Notes under the pieces: model-generated | Told to the model about the DNA's origin: nothing | What the model saw: only the letters and a program-made list of their open reading frames with translations | Database searches by the model: none | From: Chrysomallon squamiferum | Lineage: Eukaryota; Animalia; Mollusca | Length of the DNA stretch: 64,000 nucleotides | Reading direction: 5' to 3' | Assembly: GCA_012295275.1 (NCBI GenBank) | Contig: CM022666.1 | Coordinates: 9,858,001-9,922,000 of the forward strand | Shown: in pieces, positions 53,142-64,000 of the stretch | Numbering within the stretch: position 1 is the first letter of the stretch | How the letters are laid out: each line of letters opens with the position of its first letter | Translations under genes and position numbers: made by a program

Positions 53142-56100
53142 TTAATAATAATACATTTTTATCTAAGCATTATATCAAAATACATGCTGAAATGTTTAAA
53201 CACTGATTATTAGTCTTCCTTGTATTATTTACATGATTATATGTTCTTGTATTTCATAATTTTTACAGGTTATGTCGTGTTTATCTCAGTCATGCCAAAT
53301 GATTCTTTTTGCATTCAGAAAGTTTTTGTCACAACATCACTTCGTAAAATTTTTGAAAAAAATATAAAACTGTCATTAAGTTAATACAGGAAAAAAAATC
53401 ATCTCAAACAATACGTTATCTTACTGTTATCAAATCTATTTATTTATTTACATTTTTAAACATTAACTCAAGGTAGTCTTCAATCAGTTGTGTACGACTA
53501 ATCTAGCAGGGCAATTATGTGACGGGATTTGTAAAGCCGGGCCAAATATTGATCCACCGAAGCAGAACGTGGGACTGGAGTTATCTGGGTCAGTGGTTGT
53601 GAAGTCCATCTAGTGTGACTCTAGACCATCAGCTCCTTTCAGTAAATTCATATCTGGGTAACGTGATCGTACTTTGTGGACTTTAAAGATACAATCAGGA
53701 TTTACCTCAGCTTTTTCTTCTGTTTTGCTTTTCTTATTATGTTTACTAGAGAAGTGAGGAAAGAGAGAACTACCAAAAAAGGTAACCATTTGTGTATTGG
53801 CATTAAAGCAGTTCCTGTGTTGACTGCTTGTTTTATAACTCTGTTATGTCATGTAAGCTGCAAGTATGGAGGTTTGACTGTTATTTCAGGTAGAACACTG
53901 ATAGGTGTAGTGATATTAATGTATCTGCATGCCATTTATTACTGAGTAGGGAGATGGAAAAATGTTTTAAACATTACTATAAATATAAGAAATCCTGACA
54001 AACTGGATATCACATATTACACTGAGAGGTGTGTGGTCCCTGTACACTTGTCCATGCATATTGATTATTTCATATTTTATGAATTCTCTGTAAACTAATT
54101 GAAATGTGCTGTATATGTTGACAAATTATCTATAACCGAGTAGTAATGTGCTCTGTGTTGAAAAATTATTTATAAGCTAATGGTAATGTTCTATGTATAC
54201 TGATAAATTATCTGTAAGTAACATATAGTGTATGTGGAAACATTCTCTACAAGTAAAATATAGTATGGGAGTGTGATGAAACATTCTATAATGTGCATTG
54301 TATCGACAAGTTCTTTATAAGCTGTGTTTTGACAAATTCACTATAAGCTAACACTTACATGCTACTGTATTTAACAGTGAGGTGTGTCTGTAATCAGACA
54401 TTCACTGAGCTTTTCTTATCATAAACTTGCTGAACAGGTACAGCATCTCACAACATCAACCAGGAAGTTCATGTCTGTAATACAGTGCAACAAACATTTC
54501 TTATCCAGGTTTTGCTTGTTGGTATTTTATTTATTTATTTTTTGACATTATAACAAAAAATTTATATCCAGTTTGTCTGTCTATATTTTATTTATTTTTG
54601 AAAGAAAAGAATGAAAGGTCTGTAATTTTTTTAAATCTTTATTTCATGTTACAGCTAAGAAAAAGCTAAATTAGTCTATTACAGTAATTTTCAGAGTGAA
54701 TAAACATGTTTAATAATTTTTCAGCATAGTTTAGGATTAATGTTTGGTGTTCTGTTCCTTGTTTAATGATATCTGAAAAAGATTCAGTATTAACATTTTA
54801 TAACATTTTCATTGTTTTTTGTATTATTTATATGTAACAGGCAATAGCTAAAGAGCAGACCAAAATTACTTTAACCTTTGTGGTAAGATACTGTAGTTTT
54901 CACATGGTGTTTATAACTCAGTATCAGGCTTTGGCTGTTAATCTGGTTTTCACTGTATTGATAAAAAAGATTGTCATGTGACAGTTATCTCAGCAAAGAA
55001 TAAACACAAATGCTGTATTTTTTTTTTGGTCTTAATCTTACATACTGCTTGTTTCATAGATTAAACTTTGGAATGAGATATTTATTCAACACAAGATCTT
55101 ATGTAGGTGAAATCCTTTTTCAGTAAGCTGTTATTATTATTATTATTATTATTATTAGTTTTCATTTTTAATTACAAAATTTTAAGTTTTTATCATTAAA
55201 AGACATCAAAAGGCTTTATATAAAAAAGATTATATTTTCATTTTCTTCTCGTGTTAGCAGATTTTTTATAATCATTTTATTCGCAAAGATTAAAATACAT
55301 AACATTAAAGAGAAATGATTTTTTCGATATGCATATTAATGTGAGGATTAAGTAAGGTAAAGTACATTATATATACACGAGTGTGTTCCAATACACATGT
55401 AAGATAAAAACATCAGATATTTTGTTGTAATATATACCATTTCAAGAAATTTATATGCCCACAAACTTAAATCATGCTCTGTTATTTAATAGTGTAATAT
55501 AATAAAATTGTGAAAAGTAATACATCATGTATACTAATTCTGATGATAAAACTGACAAATATAAATCTTTTACACATGTTCAGTGACAGCAGTAAGCTAA
55601 AACAGAATATTCTTTCTGAATCAGTGTACAAGACTTGATTCACATCAGTTTCACACACACCCACATGAAATAATTGCGACAAGAATTGTTTTGTACACAG
55701 ATTACAAGACTGCAGCAGTGTGATATAGTTGTGAAAATAATGACGTGTCAAACATTTATTCAAATGAAGTGGTATTTGATAAAATTGATAATAATAAAAA
55801 TAAAAAGAGCATGTACTTCAAGGAGCACAGAGCTGCTATTGAAAAAGAGCACACTTAATTCACAGTAGGTAGGTGTAAGCAATATGACAAAGTCAGTGCT
55901 TATCAGAGAGGTTATTTTTCATTATTTGTTATTATATATTCAACACCTATTGGAAGAATTCTCTGATATTTTCTCATTTTAAGCAGCATTTTGCTCTTTA
56001 CATGAAATATTCAAATCTAAAAGTGTAGTTTCTCTTGGGAAAAGAAGTGCATATGATCTAAGTCAAAGTGTGGAAGACAAAATGGCCGAAGACCTATTGA

Positions 56101-56399
56101 GGGATAAAAAGTTTATGAACAAAGAGAAAAAAAGTATGAAGATCAGCAATGTGCTTGTTTTAAAACTAAAACTGATAAAGATGAGCTAGCTGTGTTTTGA
56201 ACAATGTGCAAATTCTACTCAGTATACTATTCACTTCTTTCATGTAATAAAGAGCACAGACACTTGTTTGTAGAAATTATTTATGTGGGCTAAGAACAAA
56301 AGAGCCTTACTGTAATCAAATCATCAAAGTAAAAAAGAAATTCCATCGAGATCAGTGACTTAGTGGTCATCCTGCACATAACAGAATTACAGAAGTATT

Positions 56400-56631
56400 T
56401 GTAGACTTTCAAGAAGTGAATGTATAAAATGTCCAAAGTGCAGTAGATGAAAACTTTAAACAAGTAAATGTATAAAATGTTCAAAGTGCAGTAGATGAAA
56501 ACTTTAAACAAGTAAATGTATAAAATGTCCAAAGTGCAGTAGATGAAAACTTTAAACAAGTAAATGTATAAAATGTTCAAAGTGCAGTAGATGAAAACTT
56601 AAAACAAGTAAATGTATAAAATGTTCAAAGT
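56400..56631. repeat. 48 bp tandem repeat, ~4.5 units
   Basis: Near-identical copies of GTAGATGAAAACTTTAAACAAGTAAATGTATAAAATGT(C/T)CAAAGTGCA. Confidence 0.93.
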
Positions 56632-57196
56632 GTTGTCGAATCTGGACTAATGTCAGCCACGTTGAGATTCTCAAGCTGCCAGAGTTGAATCACTGAGATC
56701 AGTGATTTTTCCCACATGAACTTGTGAATAATAACAATACCTACTTGCCAAGCTTATTTTTACTATACCCTGTAATCTTATGATCCTTTCCCTACAAACA
56801 TATTGTGTTTCAACTTGTTTTACATTTTTAAGTATTGATTTAAAACACTGCACACAGAATTTTTTTTTAGTATTCTTCAGTAAATGTATTCTCAAAAGAT
56901 TAAATAATAAATGTTATTTGGAAATGTCTGATAATACTTAAACTTTCCTGTCTGTTATATAGATAGGTTTATAAATATAGTCACTGAGAAAAACAAGAGA
57001 GAGAGAAAAAGATTGTTAACTGGATACAAAACATGTTAACTTTATATGTTGTTGAATATCACTACATAACTTGTTCAAAAAATGTGTGGATGAAGATAAT
57101 TGTTCCACATCCTCTGACATTTTCTAAGAGTTCATTCCAACAAGGATAATATGCAATATTAAAGAAATGAAAATACCCTACCTCAAAAAGTTTTCT

Positions 57197-57290
<94 letters not shown>

Positions 57291-58982
57291 GCCTTGCTGC
57301 CATTTGGCGTTTAAACCTTTGCAGGAAGGATAAAGCTGAAATATTAATACAGTAACCAGTTATTCCCAATATATATATAAAATGTTCAAAGATAAAGTTT
57401 ATGTATAGGTAAAAAAATGTTTGTGTACAAACATACAGATGTTGGTGGTCTACAGACTTGTGGACATGTACATTGTAAATTAAGTATTTACAAGTTGCCA
57501 GACATTGTGTGATTCAATACATTGGATTAATTAAACATTTTCACCTCACCAGACGAAAACAGTCGATCATTATCAACGGGAACCTAATCTTTGTCAATGT
57601 TGTTTTGTGTTGTTTTCTCTATACAAACTATTCATCCAAAACAAATCTGTCGATGTTAGAAATAGGACAAGCTATTCCCTTCTCCAAATAGTTTACTTCA
57701 ATTTATAGTGATTTATCCTGACAGAATCAACAACTGTCTGCAAGGATCCTGACCCTCTTGTTCACACATGTAATATTAAATTCTGAAGGAGACATTTTTT
57801 TGGTATGTGTTGTACAAGGTAAGATGTTTTTTTTTCAAAAATTTCACTAAATCGAGACAATATGAATTTCAATCGGTTGTTCGAATTTTAAATAATTATT
57901 TTTATTTACCAACAGAGAAAAAACTCATTCTGTTTTCCATATGAGTCAAAAGATACACACTCACATATGAACATCTCTATACAGACACATACACAGAAAG
58001 GCATAGACAGATGTACAGACATGAACATTTATTTGTCTATTGTCTTAATTTGCTTATGCAATGTAACTTATATCTGCTGTACATATATACATTAAAACTG
58101 ATTTAAAGAAAAAAAAGCAGTCGGTATCTTGTGATATGAGGTTTTTTTCTAAACAGCTACACTTGTCTGAATTAATATGTGTGTGTATGAATTTCAAAAT
58201 TTGCTTATAATAGTATGACAGGTTGACACCTTTCTCTTATTGTTTGAACACATTTTCTTTACTTCTCTCAAAGAGGTTCTGCTTTTCTCAAATAATAACT
58301 AATGTTTTTGTCAGTCTATTTAAGAGCCACACATTAAACATAATGTTTCTGAGAAAAAATTTTCATCTTGTTTCTTGTTCCTTCAGTTTATTTTTAACAA
58401 TCTAAACTTTTACAAATTGTATGTATGTTAATTGTAGGTAATTCTGTAAGACAGAAAAAAGTTACCTCAGACATGAATAAATGAAATTTATGTCCTCTGT
58501 AACAATGGTGAATGTTTACAAATTTTAATGTAATCATAAGTTAGGCAAAATTCACACGATTATCTTTTTAAATTGTTACATATAGAATTAAAGAAAAGTG
58601 TTGTTTTTTTCACGTATATTTCTCTCAGTTCACAGCCTCTGTATGCTTAACAGCAATCAATAGATATGAGCAATAAACCACTTAGATGAATGATATCATT
58701 TTGACCCTTGGGGCTGTTACCTGTAACACCTGTAATACCAGACAGGTATGTTAACCTTATTCTGATCAGCACAAAACCTGCTGGCTTGTTAATATCAATA
58801 AATATTAAGTGGTCATATAATATTCATATTTTAATTATATGTAATTCATGTTGATGCTAGCTTACCTGTACACACCTGTAAATAATGACATATTAATGGA
58901 TAAGTAATCATCACTTTTGTTAATGTTTCCTGGTTTAGTTTTTACCTGGTTGTTTGGTTGTTACTGAAGTAACCATGACATA

Positions 58983-59051
<69 letters not shown>

Positions 59052-59289
59052 TTTATTTATTTATATAATTTATTATTAACTTTACAAAATCTTCATTTCA
59101 ACATTCAAGCATGGATATTGTGGTCAAAATTGTATTAATGTGGATTCTCAATGTTCATTGTTTTATCAGCTCTGGTAAAAATTAAGTCTGAAAAAAAGAA
59201 AGATCTCGTTTATCATATTAAGATTATATTTTTACAGTATATATATAAATTTGGTACATTACATTTCAAAGTTCTTTCACTGTTTCATA

Positions 59290-59880
59290 CAGTAATACCA
59301 TGGTTTAATGATGTAATTGGTTCCAAATTTACAATCATTAAGTGAGGTATCATTAAGCAGGAGACTAATTTACATAGAATTAAGTTAAAAACAGTGGTTA
59401 TGTTCTTGCTGATGAGATTTGACATAATTTTTTTTTTAAATAAGGAGATACAAAACAGCAATTAAGACAAATGATTTAATAGATCATAGATATTAAACAA
59501 ACAGTAAATCATCTACAAACAGATTAAGAAATAATTATATGCTGCTCATTGTGGGCTCATTTTTGTGGGTTTTGTGTTCATTTAAGGGTATTTGGAAGGG
59601 TAAATTACAAAAGTGTTACGTCTAAATTGAAAAGCAGAAGAGAAGAGAGAAACTGGACACCACATGCACGTATGACATCTGCATGTCAACTGATCAACAT
59701 AGGTGAGGGAAGCTGTAGGGTGTGTGAATGAAAAATGAATGAAAAACAAATGGATTTAAACATGCATTGTTCCCATTTATACCATTTATTTCGAGCAATT
59801 TCTGTCTATATAATTTGTAAAACATAGATTGTTAAAGAGGGATATCATTAAGCGGGAGATCATTAAGTGAGGTATTACTG
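59290..59880. mobile_element. Tigger/pogo-type MITE, 591 bp
   Basis: TA-CAGTAATACC....TTAATGAT at the left end and ATCATTAAGTGAGGTATTACTG-TA at the right end. Subterminal ATCATTAAG(C/T)G repeats near both ends. Confidence 0.85.
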
Positions 59881-60312
59881 TATTGTTACATAAAAGGACT
59901 TGCTCTATGATGTCACTGATGAAAGTTAAATGTGTTGATACGTATTTTATTGTAGACGTGCTTATAAAAAAAAGTTATTTGCTTCAGTACCTTATTGAAT
60001 ATGAAATGTATGTTTAATATAGGGAATAGCCAATCAGTTATATTATTACACCTTATTTAACATTTAGTTAGGTTTATGTACAAGAAAATCTTTCTTTTAT
60101 ATTTTATTCCCTGCACACTGCTTTGATGAAGAATTTGCATGAGTTCAATGAAGTGGAACGATTATGTCAGTATGTTGACAAATTCTGTTAGTTATGTAGG
60201 TCAGCTTGTAAAACTGAATGTTATATGTAAAGTTATGAATACTGGTTTAATACCAGACAAAATTCATACTGTATAGATATATATGTATAGATATATGTAA
60301 TGCTAAAATTAC

Positions 60313-60354
<42 letters not shown>

Positions 60355-61852
60355 AAATGTTATGTGTAAAGTTATGAATACCTATTTAACACAAGACATA
60401 ATTCATACTGTATGTAAAAATATGTAGTATTAAAATTATTTATTCTGTATGTATAGTGTGTGTATGTGTGTGTGTGTGTATATGTATGTGTGTGTGTATG
60501 TGTGTGTGTATGGGTTTATGGGAGTGTGGGTAAATGTTATGTGTAAAAAGTTATTTGCACAAGGCATAATTCATACTGTATGTAGAAATATGTAACATTA
60601 AAATTATTTATTCGTTATGTATATTATGTGTGTGCATATGTACATGATGTGTGTGCATAGGTGATGTGTTTTTTTGTTTGAGTGTGTGAATGTTTATGTT
60701 TATATTTATAAATACTGATTTAATACGAGTTATAATTCATACAGTATGAAGATACATGTAATATTACAGTTATGTATGTATAGTGTGTGTGTGTGAGTGA
60801 GTGTGTCATTATCTATATATATGTGTGTGTGTAAATGCAAATATATGGATACCTTTGGTATGTGTGTTCAGTACTAGTATTAGTTGCAGTGTCTATTACT
60901 TAAAATACATATCAGTATATGATGACCATTTCCATCAGAGACTGTTACATAATTCTAAAATTTCACTGTCCTTGTTATTTTCATTTTTTATTTTTATGGT
61001 ACTAATTTTTTCTAAGTTATCTTTGTCTGCCTAGAACATACTGTATGTATGTATGTCAGTATTACCAAAAATTTCTCTTTAACTTTTGCTGTCTTTTCTT
61101 TGTTTCTAATTTCTCTGTCTGCTCACTGATATACACCACAACTAACTAGTTCTGTCCATGAAATACAAAATTTACCGGTATATTTTAACAGTTTTCAGAT
61201 GCCTAAAGCATGAAATTGCACGTGTGTTATAAAATAAAAAGAAATTTTATAATCTAAATTTCACAATAAAAAATTAACTCTTTGATGTGACAGAATAAAA
61301 TATTGTTGCTGTAAACAGTTATGATGACAAATATTCCTTTGAAATAGATGTATGCATATTCTTACTTTGTTTTTTTATTTTTATTGTATTATTATTTTGT
61401 TTGTTTGTAAAGAAGTTGAATACATGGGAATCAACAATTTGTTGTCAACAAACCAAACTATTATTGTTATTACAGCCCAAATGATATTTTGGGGTTTTGA
61501 AATAAAGTATAACAATAATAAGGATGATGATAATAATAATAACAGTAACAATAACAATAATAATAATAATAAATAAATAAAAATTAGTACTAATATTAAT
61601 ACTGATACTTTTAATAGTAAATTTAAAAATCTGTCCTAAAATTAATACACAGGTCAGAAATGATTTTTTGTTCATTTTGATGATATTGTTTTTAGATCTG
61701 AAGTCTGGCCTGAGTATTTTCTTGATATTATTCTACTTAACTGCTTGTTTATATTTTCTAAACAGAATATTTTCATTTGCAGGACTTGCTGTATCAATGT
61801 GGATTTAGTTCTGTATTGGTAACCATCCATCTGTAATCATCCAACAGCAACA

Positions 61853-61870
61853 ATGGTGATTCTTGGCAAG
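61853..61870 (+). CDS. First coding exon (exon 61783-61870; MVILGK|) of a probable myosin VIIa-like gene continuing beyond the window
   Basis: Acceptor tttcatttgcag|, ATG in CAACAATGG context, donor AAG|GTCAGT after exactly 18 coding nt. Human MYO7A starts MVILQQ with an intron after c.18. Only 6 aa are available, so the identity is tentative. Confidence 0.55.
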
Positions 61871-63162
61871 GTCAGTTGTGTTTTCTTTAATTTTATTTCT
61901 TAATAATATTCATTTTGTATTGGTTTCTTGGTATAAATATTCACTTTAGAATGCATTCAATGACTTGATGTGATAAATAAAGAAGGCAGAATTAATAACT
62001 AACTTCCAATAAACCAGTAATGCAGTGAAATGAAACCAATCAAATCAAATAATTAAATATAAGATGTGTTTCTTAATAGTTAAAATATTTATTATGTATT
62101 GTTTTCTTCATATAAATATTTACCACAGAATGTGTTAAATAATTTGATATGATAAGTAATTTCCATCAACCAGTCAAATTTGGTCATTGAACACTGCCAT
62201 CTGATTTATCACATTAAAATACAAAGACAGATTTTGTATAATCAGATTTATATGGTTATGGATGTCCGAAAGTTTTTTGTTAAAAAGTACAGACATAATT
62301 TGTACAGTATTGTTCCTATGGTAACCACTTTGCAGTATTTCACTGACATTAAAATAGAAAACACATATAATGTATAACGTTTCTGTTGCCATGAATATGC
62401 TGAAACATATGTTCTGTATAATAATGTTTCTATGGTAATAGCTGTTCAGAATTCAGGAATATACATTAACTAATGCTGATATATTCATATATTCATGTGT
62501 GAGTTTGTTCTGTTTGTTTCTTAAGCAGGCCATCATTTAAAATACCATTTCAAGACAAATTCTTAATATTTTTAAATTTCATGTTTTCGCTGTCATAATC
62601 AAATAACCAATATTTAATGTATTAATTTTTTTTGTTTTTTTAGTAATGTGTTGTCTTCCATTTTCAAAACGTTATTTAGTTCACTGGCAAAAAGACAGTT
62701 AATTTTTTTAAACAGAGGTAGCTAAACACATCTATCATTTGTCTTAAAATAAACGTTTGTATACATGAATGAACTTGGTTATTAATACTTGTGTAACCAG
62801 GTGTGTCATAATGTGCAAGTAGTACAACAACTTTGTGTCATGAGTCCAGTATTAGTTTTACTAGGAGTATCATGTTATTAGGGTCATTCCACAGATAAGA
62901 GATAATGATGTTATATTAGATGATATCATAATTATAATTGTGTAGATTTTGGCTTTTTCAACCCACCCCCAAAAAACTACAACAACAAACAGGAGTCTTT
63001 AATTTTGTAATTGTCACATAGTGTATATGTTTTGCTGACAGAAAAACAATCTTCATGAAGCAGTTAATCCTTTTATTAAAATAATCATTTAACTACCAAA
63101 CAAACTGTTTGCCTGCTTACATAAATGCATGCACATATACCATTAAAACAGAAGCACACCAC

Positions 63163-63209
<47 letters not shown>

Positions 63210-63659
63210 AACTACTTACATATGCATGCATATTAACACATACAAAAATAATACATAAATACAGGCAGACAGACACACAGCTCTCACATATGCATGCATA
63301 CCATACACACAGGCACATAAATCATATTTGCATATGCATGCATGTTAACAGACACATATATGTAATAAAACTGTTAGCATGGATTCCATGGCAATACATT
63401 TATATTCAGTTGGAGTTACTGCTGTCATGTTAACTATCTCAACATATTTGGAACACTGCTGAAAAATAAAAAATAAAAGATTTCATTTTTCTTAGGTTTT
63501 TCGTATTTGTTGCAAGTCAGTGAAGTGTGGAAAAGCATCCAGGCTGTTGTGTGTGTTATTTTTGTTTAATTATTATTATTAGATGAAAACCTGAAACCTC
63601 TACGAAACATTTTATACCGCTTCTTTATGTTAGTAGCAGTCAAAGTACTTAAATCATAT

Positions 63660-64000
63660 AAATATAAATCATAACTTAGGCAACATAAATACATAACTTA
63701 GGCCTACAAGTATAAATGATAACTTAGTCCTCATGAAAAACAACATACGCCTATGAGTATGAATCATAATTTAGGCCACATGAAACACAACATATACCCA
63801 CAAGTATAAATCAAAATATAGGCACATGAAAAACAACATAGGCACATGAAAAACAACATAGGCCTACGAATATAAATCATAATTTAGTCAACATGAAACA
63901 CAACATATACCCACAAGTATGAATCATAATTTAGGCCACATGAAACAACATAGACCCATGAGTATAAATCATAATTTAGGCCACATGAAACAACATAGGC
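63660..64000. repeat. ~45 bp degenerate minisatellite (AAATCATAATTTAGGCCACATGAAACAACATA...), runs off the window
   Basis: Seen directly. Confidence 0.9.

Noticed and set aside
56290-56580. 96 aa ORF with 16 aa repeats
   Set aside because: Translation of the 48 bp minisatellite.

Overview
AT-rich, microsatellite-dense eukaryotic (animal) DNA with GT-AG introns. It is probably a lophotrochozoan such as a mollusc, inferred from the GPCR type and the mosaic CpG pattern. It contains four genes. (1) The 3' end of a beta-PIX/ARHGEF7-type RhoGEF gene on +, with a probable alternative terminal exon. (2) An intronless class A GPCR CDS on -, with non-canonical ENC/SLLVY motifs and a probable first exon about 17 kb upstream. 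(3) A complete 7-exon ribosomal protein L8 (uL2) gene on -, with a TCT/5'TOP start and an intronic U37/SNORD37-like box C/D snoRNA. (4) A divergent + gene whose first coding exon (MVILGK) resembles myosin VIIa. The rest is MITEs, a pogo-like remnant, minisatellites and microsatellites. Most short ORFs in the supplied track are microsatellite artefacts. I found no convincing new multi-gene system. The best leads are the snoRNA host arrangement, the alternative PIX C-terminus and a fold-back element enclosing a copy of neighbouring sequence.
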